Shown piece after piece: positions 1 to 13,125 of a stretch of DNA of 64,000 nucleotides (position 1 is the first letter of the stretch; the number at the start of each line of letters is the position of its first letter). The position numbers and the translations under genes were made by a program. The stretch comes from Hemiscyllium ocellatum (taxonomy: Eukaryota): positions 18,166,001 through 18,230,000 of the forward strand of contig NC_083423.1 in assembly GCF_020745735.1 (NCBI RefSeq). Reading direction: 5' to 3'. The notes below the pieces were generated by a model. It saw only the letters and a list, made by a program, of their open reading frames with translations, made no database searches and had not been told where the DNA came from.

Positions 1-189
1 TAAAGGAATTGATAGAAATTAGTTCAAGAGGAAATGGATATATCTTGGAAAGTTAAAATCACAGAATATGGTGAAATTAATCAAACAGTAAATCGACATT
101 TGACCTCATTCCTGAAAGTGCTAGTATTTTTAAAGTGACACATTCTTCACGTAAGTGATTTTTGCTGAAAAACTTCCTTTTGTTTGCAG

Positions 190-239
190 ATGGACTACAG
201 AATGATATCACTCATTTCATCAAACGCTTCACACAGTAA
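190..239 (+). CDS. Probable terminal coding exon of an unidentified gene lying mostly left of the window (xGLQNDITHFIKRFTQ*)
   Basis: Pyrimidine-rich acceptor (cttcctttgtttgcag|) ending at 189; open phase-1 frame to TAA at 237-239; AATAAA at 281-286. Product not recognised. Confidence 0.4.
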
Positions 240-781
240 ACATTTCCTCCACCCTCCCAAAGCAACAAGTTGATCCTCTAAATAAAGATAATGCCCCAGT
301 AACAATAGCAGTAACAATTGTACGTAAAACCAAGTGGTCCTGACTAGTGCACCTATCATGTAACCATGTTATTTATCCTTGTGGGATCACCAATACAGGA
401 TCTGTCCTGCAAACCACAGTATACAATGAGCATGGCCTAGAGGCAAACAGTCTATCCTTTTGTATACCTCAAGGCTTCAAAATTTGACAAGCATGTGCGT
501 ATTACATTAACAAAGCATGTTATATAACAGAATTTACTTTATGAATGCTAAGTAGTTATATTTTCAGTGCATGATATATATAAAATGTAAAAGGGTTCTT
601 TATGGTTTGATTTTGTATCAGGTGACTTGCTGGTCAGTACTGACCCCACATCCAGTTATTCTAAATAATTCGGCTGAAACAGCAGCATGAGAGACAGAAG
701 CCAGCAGCTTCAAACTTTTTGATTCCATTTGCAAGAGATAAAACAAGAGAGGGAGATGCTTGCCTCCATTAAATGGAGGTG

Positions 782-804
782 ATGGTGGTGGTGGTGGTGG
801 TGGT
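782..804. repeat. (GGT)n/(ACC)n microsatellite immediately after the legumain-like stop codon
   Basis: Direct reading of gatggtggtggtggtggtggtggtg. Confidence 0.9.
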
Positions 805-807
805 GTG

Positions 808-853
808 TCACTTCTTCAGCTTCTTGCTCACTTGGTCGATTGCTTCTTTGATT
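808..853 (-). CDS. LGMN-like: Legumain-prodomain-like gene, last coding exon ((R)IKEAIDQVSKKLKK*)
   Basis: Acceptor tttgtctttgaacag|A; completes the phase-2 Arg codon from exon 5221-5288; aligns to the legumain C-terminus RIKLSMDHVC; TGA at 810-808. Confidence 0.8.
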
Positions 854-1030
854 CTGTTCAAAGACAAAGTGATTACAACAGCTCATTGACCAAGACAAAA
901 CACAGAAGAGATATCTAAAAGTAATATTTATTCTGCAGAAAATGCTGGACTTGCTTAGCAAATCTGGCAGCATCTGTGGAGAAGAGATTCAGAGTTAATG
1001 CTTCAGATTGATGAACTTTCAGAGTTTTTT

Positions 1031-1338
1031 TTAGATTAGACTTAGTGTGGAAACAGGCCCTTCAGCCCAACAAGTCCACACCGACCCGAAGAAGCGCAAC
1101 CCACCCATACCCCTACATTTACCCCTTACCTAACACTATGGGCAATTTAGCTTGGCCAATTCACCTGACCCGCACATCTTTGGACTGTGGGAGGAAACCG
1201 GAGCACCCGGAGGAAACCCACGCAGACACGGGGAGAACGTGCAAACTCCACACAGTCAGTCGCCTGAGTCGAGAATTGAACCCGGGTCTACAGGCGCTGT
1301 GAGGCAGCAGTGCTAACCACTGTGCCACCGTGCCGCCC
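1031..1338 (-). mobile_element. HE1-type tRNA-derived SINE
   Basis: Reverse complement of the ggcggcacggtggcacagtggttagcactgctgcctcacagcgcc head and (TCTAA)n tail; many copies in the window. Confidence 0.85.
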
Positions 1339-3049
1339 TTTAGTTCTGACTAAAGATTATTGAACTGAAATATTTACTCAGTTTCTCTCTCTACAGACGC
1401 TGCTTTAACTGCTACTCTAGTACTTGCTCTTTTATTTCAGGTTTCTGTGTAATTTGGCTTTTGGTTTATTCTGTAAGTGGGTGTACCACTGAAGTCCAGA
1501 TAGGGATGAACTTTGACAACAAATCAGATAATTTGATGGACCTGGTACTTTGAGACAAATGATTCAGTGAGCCACCAATTTTCAAAAAGCTTTATCAGAT
1601 TCAAGCTGATAACTTCTGCACTTCTCAATGCCTTAAATTTGTTGTGCAAATCCTATACAGCATTTTGTAGTGACATCTGGTAATATTTCAACAATTAATA
1701 CACTGACAGGATTTGCAATTTGGCCAGCCAGAATCAACAACTAAAAAGAGGTGTTAACTTTGGGGACAACTGGCCATGCTTAGGTTTCCCTGCTTGACGG
1801 CCAAGTTTGTCATTTGTTATACTCAAAGTTGATAGCTTGTTTCCCAGTTTCTGGGTAAGTAAATAATTTTGCAATAACTGAGGTAATAGATTTTCATTCA
1901 ACAGGGATATTATTGTCAGAATTGGAAATATCTGCACTTAGCACTTGTCACGATTACACCTTCTCGGCATTTATACAATTGAATTTACCCCATTTATTTT
2001 AGGAGAAAAGCTTCAGGACAATTTAATTGTATAAACTTTATATGGAATACACTGCACAGCAACAGGCATTTCACTAATCTATATGTAAATCTGAGATAAA
2101 TACAGAAAATACTGGAGTAGCCGATAGTGTGTCATCTGTGGTGACAGAATCTAGTCAATGTATCAGAGTCAATGCACCTTCATCAGGACCCTGAAAGGTC
2201 ATTAATCTGAAGGGTTAGCTCTGAATCTCTCTTCACAGATGTTTATTATCTACATGAGTCTCCTTTCATTTCTCTTGAAAACAAGAAGCTGCCTTAGTTT
2301 TTCAGCTTTGCCTTTGGTTCCTTTTGCTCTCATGTGATCCTCAGTTTGTTTTTGAAAGTACCTAAGTTATTTGCCTCAACCACAGTTGTCTTAAGAAAAT
2401 TAGCATTCCAATCACTGACTGAAGTTTCTAATTTTTCAATTGGATTCATTAGTAACCATCAAGTGATTGTTACATTTATCCTTCTAGTCTATTCATAATT
2501 TTAGAAAACATGATCAAGTCTCCTCTTTTCTTAGGAAAAAAGCTCAAACCTGTTATCTTTGTCACAGTTATGATCATTTAGTTCTGGTGCCACTCTTGTA
2601 CATCTTTTTATCATAAGGAAACCAGGAAAATTAAAGTACCCAAAGTGTGGCCCAACCAGGGTCTGATACAAATTTAGCATAACTTCACTATTTCATTCAT
2701 CCATCTCAGACACTGAAACAGTCCTTATTTTTGTTTTTAAGAAAGAATTTAACATCACCTCTTAGCATTCAATGACATTACCATTTCTGAATCTCCCAGT
2801 ATCAACATACTGGGAATTACAATTGACCAGAAACTGAGTTAGACTGGCAATATAAATACGACTAACCATATAAACATATGAATCCCACACAACTAACTTG
2901 GCTTCTGACTCCTATTCACCAATAACAAGGCATAAATCAGGAGTGTGATGGAATACTGACCACTTTCCTGGATAAGAGCAGCTCCAACAACATTCAAGAA
3001 GCTTGACATGATCCATTATAAAGCAGCCCACTTGATTGGCACCACATCC

Positions 3050-3785
3050 ACAAATATAGGATTAAAGACAGGATTCTTGGCAGTGTGGAGGAACAGAGGG
3101 ATCTGGGTGTGCAAGTACATAGATCCCTCAAAGTTGCTACCCAAGTAGATAGGGTTGTTAAGAAAGCATATGGTGTTTTGGCTTTCATTAATAGGGGGAC
3201 TGAGTTTAAGAGCCACGAGGTTTTGCTGCAACTCTACAAGTCCCTGGTGAGACCACACTTGGAATATTGTGTACAGTTCTGGTCGCCCTACTACAGGAAA
3301 GATAGAGGCTTTGGAGAGGGTGCAAAGAAGGTTTGCCAGGATGCTGCCTGGATTGGAGGGCTTGCCTTATGAAGAAAGGTTGAATAAGCTCAGACTTTTC
3401 TCTCTGGACAGGAGGAGGAAGAGAGGAGACCTGATCGAGGTGTACAACATAATGAGAGGAATAGACAGAGTCAACAACCAGAGACTTTTCCCCAGGGCAA
3501 GATGGACTGGTACGAGAAGTCATAGTTTGAAGATATTAGGAGGAAGGTATAAAGGAGATGTCAGAGGTAGGTTCTTTATGCAGAGAGTTGTGAATGCATG
3601 GAATGCGTTGCCAGCTGTGGTGGTGGAAGCAGAGTCACTGGGGACATTTAAGTGACTGCCGGACATGGATAGCAGTGAGTTGAGGGGTGTGTATGTTAAG
3701 TTACTAAATTTTACATTAGGATTAAATCTTGGCACAACATCGTGGGCCAAAGGGTTTGTTCTGTGCTGTACTTTTCTATGTTTTA
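3050..3785 (+). mobile_element. CR1 LINE 3' fragment
   Basis: ORFs 3085-3372 and 3269-3655 carry CR1 ORF2 C-terminal motifs (LYKSLVRPHLEYCVQFWSP, LERVQRRF, RGDLIEVY, FFMQRVVNAWNALP). Confidence 0.9.
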
Positions 3786-4109
3786 AACATTCTCCTCCTC
3801 CACCTCAGATGCTCAGTCTCACACTGTGTACAATCTACATGATGAACTACAGAAATACTCCATGGCTCCTTAGATATCATCTTCCAAACACACAAATCTA
3901 CCATCTAGGAGGGCAAGGGCAATAGGTACATGGGGCCATCACCACCTGCAAGGTCCCCTCTAAGTTACAATCATCCAGACTTAGAAATATATAGTCATTC
4001 CTTCAGTGATACTTGGAAACCACACACCACCCCACTGGTATTACAGGTCTACCTACTGCAAATTAACTGCTGTAGTTCAAGAACACAGCTCACTATCATC
4101 TTCTGAAAG

Positions 4110-4480
4110 GTGACCTTATAGAGGGCTATAAAATCATAAGAGGCATGGACAGGCCCAAGGTCTTTGTTCTAGGGTCGGAGGTCCAAAACTAGAGATCATG
4201 GGTTTAAAGTGAGTCGGGAAAGATTTAAAAATGACCTCTTGGGGATCATCTTCATGCAGAGGATGGTAGTGTATGGAACAAACTGCCAGAGGAAATGATG
4301 GAGGTGGGTACAATTACAGCATTCAAAAGGCATCTGGATGAGTATACGAATAGGAAGGGTTTAGAGGGATACAGGGCGAATGCTGGCAAATAGGACTTGG
4401 TCAGATTGGGATATCCGGTCGGCGTGAATGAGTTGGACTGAAGGATCTGTTTCTGTGCTGTATGACTATGATTCTATGGC
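4110..4480 (+). mobile_element. CR1 LINE 3' end fragment (degenerate)
   Basis: ggtgaccttatagagggctataaaatc...aggcatctggatg matches the other CR1 3' ends in the window. Confidence 0.75.
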
Positions 4481-4850
4481 AAATAGGACAGTGATAAAAC
4501 AATGGCTCATCCAGCAATGGCTCCACATCCCACTAATGAATTTTTAAAAATCTCTGAAGGTATATTTGAGTTTTGTTGACATTTTAATTGTTTTGCTGAC
4601 CTGCGATGCTGCTTTAATCATTTATTTACATTTATCCATTGATCTTTTTGCTTTTCTACATCTTTTTCTATATCTTGCTTTGTATTTTATGAGGTGTAAT
4701 TTATATTTCTCTTTGCCAACTAAAATATTACCTTATTTATGTTTAAATTTATTTGTCACTAATCGTCCACTCTATTTTCACCCTTCTTTTTGTATTATGT
4801 TGCATTGTTTCTCAATATTTCTTAACATCAGATCTTTCACTAGACATGGT

Positions 4851-5178
4851 GGGCGGCACGGTGGCACAGTGGTTAGCACTGCTGCCTCACAGCGCCTGAA
4901 GACCCGGGTTCAATTCCCGACTCAGGCAACTGACTGTGTGGAGTTTGCATGTTCTCCCCGTGTCTGCGTGGGTTTCCTCCGGGTGCTCCGGTTTCCTCCC
5001 ACAGTCCAAAGATGTGTGGGTCAGGTGAATTGGCCATGCTAAATTGCCCGTAGTGTTAGGTAAGGGGTAATGTAGGGGTATGGGTGGGTTTCGCTTCGGC
5101 GGGTCGGTGTGGACTTGTTGGGCCGAAGGGCCTGTTTCCACACTGTAAGTCTAATCTAATCTAAGTCTAATCTAATCT
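4851..5178 (+). mobile_element. HE1-type SINE, full length
   Basis: A-box-like TGGCACAGTGG, B-box-like GGTTCAATTCC, (TCTAA)n tail. Confidence 0.9.
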
Positions 5179-5220
5179 TAACTTAATATCCAAGTATGCA
5201 GTTGTTGAGTAATACTGTAC

Positions 5221-5288
5221 CGTGTCAGTGGGACCCGCTCTTCGCATAAATTGACAAAGGCACTCAGCTGGTGACGAGCATATTCATA
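5221..5288 (-). CDS. LGMN-like: Legumain-prodomain-like gene, 68-bp exon (YEYARHQLSAFVNLCEERVPLT(R))
   Basis: ctgttgttgcag| acceptor and |gtacag donor; phase 0 to 2; aligns to legumain [23 protein letters not shown]. Confidence 0.9.
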
Positions 5289-7959
5289 CTGCAACAACAG
5301 AACCACAGATAAACAATTCTACATGGTATCAACATTAGTTACAATAATGAGATGCTCTAAAATGATAAAGGAATTGAATACAAAAACAGAAATTGCTGCA
5401 AAAACTCAACAGGACTGGCAGCATCTGTGGGAAGAAAGCAGAGTTAATGTTTTGAGTCTGGTGACTCTTCATCAGAACTGTTAGCAGCTAGGAAAGGTGG
5501 TACTTATGCTGAAATTAAAGTTGGGGGGCCAAGAGAAGAGGCCAAGCAATACATCTTATTTTACGCTTGAAAACCCTGCAGCCTCTAGGACTCAACATTG
5601 AGTTCAATAAGTTGAGAGATTGATTCCATCCTTCCATATTTTCTTTTACTTACTCCACACCTGATCCTGTTATAACATGGGTTGCTTTTAGCACAGTCAC
5701 CTATTCACATTTACTCCTAGGCCCATTATCACATTATATGGGTTGTATTCAGTACAGCTTACATAGTATCTCCTACTTTTAGTTCTTATTATCGCTTATC
5801 TTTTCTTCTATCTTGGCCTGCTATCCATAATCTCCTGGTTAACCTATCCCTTTCATATCTCTCTCTGGACTCCAACCCTCCATATCCCCCACCCAACTTC
5901 AGTATCAATGCCACTTTTTCCTAGCCGTCATCAGTTCTGATGAAGAGTCACCAGACTGGAAACATTAAGTCTGCCTTCTTCCCACAGATGCTGAGAGACC
6001 TGCTGAGTTTCACCAGCAATGTGTTTTTGTTTCAGATCTCCAACATTTACAGTTCTTTGTTTTACTTTAATGAATTGAGTAAATGGTAAACTTTGTACTT
6101 TTTTTGCTAACTATTTCCATTTACAAAACCCTTGTAAACAAAAAAAAAAATTTTCCAAACCAAATTGGAATGATAAACATAGATGCACCAACAGGCAAAA
6201 AGGAGAGAAACTGGAAGGCTGTTTATAGGATTCCATGGAGATCAGCATTCAATTCTTTGTCTTTCGTGGAATGCATCGATGATTTGGACTTAAATGTGAT
6301 GGAATGACGAAGAGGTTTGCATGATACAAACTTTAGCCCTGTGATTGATAGTGATTCTGTTGACTGTATGGAGAGATCAATAGATTGATCATTTGGGAAG
6401 AAAAGTGATAAATTTAAATCAGTCTTGAGAAGAATTAAGTAATACATTTGAAGACAGCAAGACACAGGATAGGATTTCGGACAGAAATGCAGACTCATTG
6501 ATCCCTTAGAAAAGCAGAAAAGATAAGTAATATGATTAAGGCAACATACAATTGACTTGCATTTTGTCTTTGTTGATAAAGGGAAAGTTATGCTTTGGAT
6601 GGTATGAAACACAAGGTAAATAACGTGGAACTCAGTACTGACCAGAATAGTCTGCATTTAATGCCATACTTTATTAAGCTAACTGATCTCAGAGGGTTAG
6701 AGAAAGAAAAAATTCGATTTGAGTGCACTCTCCTACTCTTGGTCCAGTGACCCTGATTTAAAAGTGAATTTGAAGAAAAGGGGGACCAGAGAGGCAAGCA
6801 ACAAAATTAACTAAAAAGAAAATCATACAAAAATACAGATCCCAACAACTGGCAAAAACAGAAGGAACAAAGGGTGAAAAAAAATAGTAAGAAAGAGCTA
6901 CAAAAAGATAGTACAAAGAAATTAAGAGATTCAAAAATCTCAATATTTTAATAATTCAATGGATAACAATAAGGAAATAGCACACTGTTCAATAATTACT
7001 TTGTGTCAATGTTTACAGGAGAGGAATTAGTCAGCTGGCCAAATTAATTGTTAATGAGTAAGGGACAGGGACTCAACAAAATTGACCTAAAAAGAAAATA
7101 ATGGCAGGAAATGGTAACAAATCCTCACGGCCAAATGGCTTCTCTCTCAGGTGTTATGATTAGAACACACAGAAGGTTATTAATCTGAAAACTTAACCCC
7201 ATTTTTCTCTCCCCTCAGATGGTTCCTGTTGAGTTTTTCCAGCATTGTCAATATTTTGCTTTTAAATAATCCCTCAAAGTGCTACTGATTTAGGAGACAC
7301 ACCTACAGACTGGAAACTGCACATGATACTCCAAAGAGTATCCACAGTCCAGATAGACAGCTCATTAAAATGTCAACAGCAGAAAATAATCAAGTAGGCT
7401 AGACTACTTGTCCTTCTGTATCGAGGAATGAAATACAAAAAAAGGAGATGCCATGCTTCAGCTATACAAAAACCTGGTTAGAAGACACTGGTAGTTCAGT
7501 GAGCAGTTCTGGCTACCATACCTTATTAGGATACAGTAGCCTTGGAAGAAGTGGAATGTAGATTTACCAGAATGATTCTAAAATGGTGGACTGAGAGTAG
7601 CAGATGCTCAAGGAAGAAAACAGCACAGGAACAGGCCATTTGACCCTCCAAGCTCGCATTGGCACACCCTGTCCTTCCATTCTAAAGATATCTTCATTTA
7701 CAGGATCAGCATCCCTCTATTCCCTTCCTATTCGTGAATTTGCCAAGACGTTTCCGGAATGCTGCTATTGTGTCTGCTTCCACCACCTGCTCTGGCAGCG
7801 TGTTCCAAACACTCACCATTCTTTGTGGGAAAACTTGCTTTGCACATCTTTTTTAACACCCCCCCAGCACCTCCCCCCAACCCCCAAGCCCACACTCTGG
7901 TCCTGTGTCCCTACTAATTGACCCTTGCACTCTGGGAAAAAGCCTCATACTTTCCACTT

Positions 7960-9185
7960 TATCCATGCTATTAACAATCTTATCAACTTCTTTCAGGTCA
8001 CCCCTCAGATCCTTCTGTGTTCCAGTGAAAACAAACCCAGTCTATCCAACCTTTCTTCATAGCTAAAATTTCCCATGCCAGGCAACATCCAGATAAACTG
8101 TTTCTGTATCATCTCCAAAGCATCCACATCCTTCTGGTAGTGTGGTGACCAGAAATGTGTGCAATATTCCAAGTGTGGCCTAACTAAAGTTCCATAAAGT
8201 TGCAGCATAACTTGCTTATCCTTACATACAATGCCATTTCCAATGAAGGCAAGCATGCCATAGGCCTTTTTGTGACCTTACTGCCACCTTCAGTGATCTG
8301 TGGACCAGCACATCCAGATCCCTCTACATATCAACACTCCCAAGGGTTCTGCCATTCACTGCATAATTTCCATCTGTACCTGACATTCCAAAATGCATCA
8401 TCTCACATTTGTTTGGATTAAACTCCAACTGCGATTTTTCTGCCCATGTCTCCAATTGATCCATATCCTGCTGTATCCTCTGACAATTCTCCTCACTGTT
8501 TGCAACTCCATCAATCTTTGTATCATCCATAAACATACTAATTAGACCAGTCACATTTTCCCAAATCATTTATGTAGGCTATGAACAGCAGAGGTCCCAG
8601 CACTGATCCCTATGGAACACCAGTAGTCGCAACTCTCCATTCTGGAAAGCATGCTTCCACTGCTACCCTCTGTCTCCTTTGATGAAACCTGTTCTGTATC
8701 AATCTTACCAGCTCACCTAATGCCATGTTACTTTACCTTTTGTACCAGTCTGCTACGAGGGACATTGTCAAAGTCTTTACCGAAATCCATGCAGACAACA
8801 TCAATCTCTTTTCCCTCAATCATTTTCATTACCACCTCAAAAAAAAACTCAATCAAGTTAGTGAGACGTGACCTCGTCCAAACAAAACCTTGCCGTCCCT
8901 TGCTAATAAATCCATTTGCTTCTAAATGCGCCTAGGTCTTGTCCCTGAGAATCTTTTCCAATAATTTCCCTGCCACTGACATGAGGCTCACAATCCTGTA
9001 ATTTCCTGGATTATCCCTGCTACCCTTCTTAAACAATAGGATAACATTGGCTATTCTCCAGTCCTGTGGGACCTCACCTGTGGCTAAAGAGGATATAAAG
9101 GTGTCTGTCAACGCTTCAGCAATGTGTTCTCTTGCCTCCCTCAATATTCTGGGATAGATCCCATCGGGACCCAGGAACTTATCTT
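7960..9185 (-). mobile_element. CR1 LINE ORF2 (RT) fragment
   Basis: Minus-strand ORFs with GPDGIYPRILRE, PGNYR.VSL.SV.GKLLE, FMDDTKI and LVRPHLEYC motifs. Confidence 0.9.
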
Positions 9186-9186
9186 G

Positions 9187-9515
9187 AATCATAGAAATCC
9201 GACAGTGTGGAAACAGATCACTTGGCCCAACAAATCCACACCGACCCTCCAAAGAGTAACCCACCCAAACCCATTCCCCTATCCTATTGCTCAAGATTTA
9301 CTCCTGATTAATGGTCCTATCTTATACATCCCTGAACACGGTGGGCAATTTAGCATGGCCAATTCACCTCAACTGCACATCTTTGCATTATGGGAGGAAA
9401 CTGGAGCACCCAGAGGAAACCCACGCTGACCCAGGGAGAATGTGCAAATTCTACACAGACTGTCGTCCAATGCTGGAATCGAATCCAGGTCAGAGGCAGC
9501 TGTGTTAACCACTGA
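9187..9515 (-). mobile_element. HE1-type SINE (diverged)
   Basis: Similar to the copy at 1031-1338. Confidence 0.75.
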
Positions 9516-9600
9516 ACTACATTAATATTTTTTAAGACACACAACACTTTCTTTTTAAAAGAAACTTGATGCTCCTGAGATTCAGACTTATTTCTAGATT

Positions 9601-10790
9601 TAGAACATTAAACACAGAACGTTACAGCGCAGTACAGGCCCTTCAGTCCTTGATGTTGCGCCGACCTTAGAAATTAATCTGATGCCCATCTAACCTACAC
9701 CATTCAATTATTACCCGCATATCTGTCCAATGCCCATTTAAATACTCTTAACGTCGGCAAGTCTACTACTGTTGCATGTAGGCCATTCCACACCCCTACT
9801 ATTTTGAGTAAACAAACTACCCCTAATATCTGTCCTAAATCTATCACCCCTCAATTTAAAGCTATGTCCCCTTATGTTAGCCTTCACCATCCAAGGAAAA
9901 AGGCTCTCACTGTCCACTCTATCTAACCCCCTGATTACCTTTATGTCTCGATTAAGTCACCTCTCAACCACCTTCTCTCCAATGAAAACTGCCTCAGTGC
10001 CCTTATAAGACCTTCTTTCCATACCAGGCAACATCCTAGTAAATCTCCTCTGAATCCTTTCCAAAGCTTCCACATCGTCCCTATAATGCGGTGACCAGAA
10101 CTGTCCATAATATTTCAGGAGCAGCCTTACCAGTGTCTTGTACAGCTGAATTATGACCTTGTGGCTCCGAAACTCAATCCCCCTACCAATAAACGGCAAT
10201 GTGCCTTCTTAACGATCCTATCAACCTGGGTGGCAACTTTGAGGGATTTATGCACCTGGACACAGATCTCTGTTCATCTACACTGCCAAGACTTTTACCA
10301 TTAGCCCAGTACTTTGCATTCCTGTTACTTCATCCGAAGTGAACTACCTCCATTTGCCACCTCTCAGCCCAGCTCTGCATCTATGTCCCTCTGTAACCCA
10401 CAATATCCTTTGGCACTATCCACAACTCTTCCTACCATCTTCTACGTCCACCTCCAGATCAATTATAAAAATGAGTAACAGCAGTAGCCCCAAACAAATC
10501 CTTGCAGCATACCACTGGTAACTGAGCTCCAGGCTGAACGTTTCCCATCAACCACTGTCTTCTTTCATCTAGCCAATTTCTGATTCAAACTGCTAAATCA
10601 CCTTCAATCCCAAAACTTCAGTTTGTGCAATAGCCTACCATGTGGAACCTTATCAAGTACCTTACTGAAGTCCACGTACATCATATCAACCACCCGAACT
10701 TCATCCACCTATTTTGTCACCTTCTCGAAGAACTCAGTAAGGTTAGCGAGGCATGACCTAACCGTCATTTATCTCTAATCAAATTATTCC
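9601..10790 (-). mobile_element. CR1 LINE 3' fragment
   Basis: ORF 9957-10199 (QLYKTLVR..FWSPHYR.DVEALERIQRRFTRMLPG) and degenerate RT further right. Confidence 0.85.
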
Positions 10791-10824
10791 TTTCCAGATG
10801 ATTATAAATCCTCTCTTATTACCG

Positions 10825-11870
10825 TTGCCAACATTTGTAACATCGATAGTCACAGGTGAGGTGCCGGAAGACTGGAGGTTGGCTGATGTGGTGCCACTGT
10901 TTAAAAAAGGTGGTAATCACAAGCCAGAGAACTACAGACCGGTGAGCCTGACTTCGGTGGTGGACAAGTTGTTGGAGGGAATCCTGAAGGACTGGATGTA
11001 CATGTATTTGGAAAGACAAGGACTGATTAGAGATAGTCAACATGGCTGTATGGGTAGGAAATCATATCTCACAAACTTGATTGAGTTTTTTGAAGGAGTA
11101 ACAAAGAGGATTGATGAGGGCAGAGTGGTGGATGTGATCTATATGAACTTCAGTAAGGCATTCGACAACTTTCCTCATGGGAGACTGGTTAGCAAGGTTA
11201 GATCTCATGAAATACAGGGAGAACTAGCCATTTGGATATAGAACTGGCTCAAAGGTAGAAGACAAGAGGGTGGTGGTGGAGGGTTGTTTTTCAGACTGGA
11301 GCCCTGTGACCAGTAGAGTGCCACAAGGACCAATGCTGGGTCCTCTACTTTTCATGATTTATATAAATGATTTGGACGTGAGCATAAGAGGTATAGTTAG
11401 TAGGTTTGAGATGACACCAAAATTGGAGGTGCAGCAGACAGCGAAGGAGGTTGCCTCAGAATACAACGGGATCTTGATCAGATGGGCCAATGGGCTGAGA
11501 AGTGGCAGATGGAGTTTAATTTAGATAAACGTGAGGTGCTGCACTTTGGGAAAGCAAATCTTAGCAGGACTTATACACTTAATGGTAAGGTCCTGGGGAG
11601 TGTTGCTGAACAAAGAGACTTTGGAGTGCAGATTCATAGCTCCTTGAAAGTGGAGTCGCAGGTAGATAGGATAGTGAAGGTGGTGTTTGGTATATTTTTC
11701 TTTATTGGTCAGAGTATTGAGTACAGGAGTCGGGAGGTCATGTTGCAGCTGTATAGGACATTGGTTAGGGCACTGTTGGAATATTAAGTGCAATTCTGGT
11801 TTTCTTCCTATCGGAAAGATGTTGTGAAACTTGAAAGGTTCAGAAAAGACTGTCAAGGACATTGCCAGGG
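10825..11870 (+). mobile_element. CR1 LINE RT fragment
   Basis: ORFs 10798-11241 and 11482-11787: VVPLFKKG, NYRPVSLTSVV, TNLIEFFE, DFSKAFD-like motifs. Confidence 0.9.
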
Positions 11871-12505
11871 TACCAACTCATACTGCAAGTTCACCCATCT
11901 TACTCTGGATGCTCCTGGCATTGAAGTACACACATTTTAAACCAACTTGATTGCCGGTGCTCTCTCCCGATCTTGTAAATCTATCCCTGATCTCACTACC
12001 CTGAACCTCCTGTACATTGTAACTACAATTCAGGTTCCCATCCCCTTGCTGCATTAGTTTAAAGACATTTCTTTTAGATTTCTTACAGGTTTTAAAAGAA
12101 ATGTTTACAGGGATATGGACCAAGCACAGGCAGGTAGCACTAGTTTAGGATTATGGTTGGCATGGACTGGTTAAACCAAAATGAGGCAAAATTATTTCTG
12201 CTCATTGGGGAACATAGGACCATGGAGCAAGGTCAAAAAAGAAAAGCCAACTTTTACAGGTGTGAAATTAAGACATACATCTACACTCAAAATATGGTAG
12301 AACTTTGGAACTGGTAATTGCTGAGTCAATTGTTGATTTTAAATTTGTTCAGGGATATGGAGCAATGGTGGTCAAATGGAGTTAAGCCACAGATCAGTCT
12401 AGATCTTACTAAGTGACTGAACAGACTTGAGGGACTCATGACTGTGTTCTATTCGCAGGTTGGTTTTCTTCTGGTCAGTCACTAAATTCCAGTGACACCG
12501 CATAC

Positions 12506-12676
12506 CTCCTGCTTGTGCCAGTCAAAGCACTCAACTCGGAAATATTCCACTGCAGCATGATAGTTTTCCTTCTCCGTGAGGTGCTGTTTAGTTGCAAGGA
12601 TACGTTCAGCTTGTTCCTCAGAGTCTGCAGCCAGTTTAACGATCTCCTGTACTGTCTGGCGGATCAATTCCCTTGT
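12506..12676 (-). CDS. LGMN-like: Legumain-prodomain-like gene, 171-bp LSAM exon (TRELIRQTVQEIVKLAADSEEQAERILATKQHLTEKENYHAAVEYFRVECFDWHKQE)
   Basis: ttattacattacag| acceptor and GAG|gtatgc donor; phase 0-0; aligns colinearly with legumain [27 protein letters not shown]...FRTHCFNWHSPT. Confidence 0.92.
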
Positions 12677-12974
12677 CTGTAATGTAATAAATTTGTTAGT
12701 TACACCTCAACCACCTCAGAAGGGATTGACTGTGACTAAATCTACCATTTTACTCTCCTTTCAACCAAAACAACCATGTAAACTGCTGAGGGCTCAGGGG
12801 ATTGTCTGGTGTTAGCAACTTCATACTGCAAAGTAGGTCGGCATCAACAACCCACAGCCAGGTAGTTCCCAGTTCTATCACTACCCAATCCGTCACCAAA
12901 TAATAATATTCAGTCACTTGTTGCAAAGAGAGTAAATGAGTACCAGAAGGGGAAGATCCCACTTGTTCAGTTAC

Positions 12975-13125
12975 CTCAAGGAGCTTGTCCAATTCTTTCT
13001 GAAGCTTCGCTGTCTCCTCAGGGTTCTTGGCAGCTTTGATCCGATTCTGAAGGATAGCAACAGGCACATCACACTGTGCCAAAGCCTCCATTCTGGCAAT
13101 TGACACACTGGATATCCACCAGAAC
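12975..13125 (-). CDS. LGMN-like: Legumain-prodomain-like gene, exon homologous to the activation-peptide/LSAM junction (..MEALAQCDVPVAILQNRIKAAKNPEETAKLQKELDKLLE)
   Basis: GAG|gtaact donor; DVPVAILQNRI aligns to legumain DVPLTIMKRKL. In-frame TGA at 13139-13137 limits the exon; best acceptor is gattgtcccacag|13125; strong-context ATG (gccagaATGG) at 13091. The 5' boundary is less certain than the 3'. Confidence 0.8.

Noticed and set aside
710-973. ORF with a poly-His tract
   Set aside because: The His run is the (ACC)n microsatellite in the 3' UTR; the biologically supported frame is the legumain-like last exon 853-808.
1045-1302. Recurrent 60-100 aa ORFs of the type NLAWPIHLT..LDCGRKPEHPEETHADTGR
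   Set aside because: Antisense translations of HE1 SINE copies; not genes.
6655-6750. Plus-strand PYFIKLTDLRGLEKEKIRFECTL, faintly like an I-set Ig strand
   Set aside because: Stops follow immediately, there are no splice sites or Trp/second Cys, and the context is A-rich low complexity.
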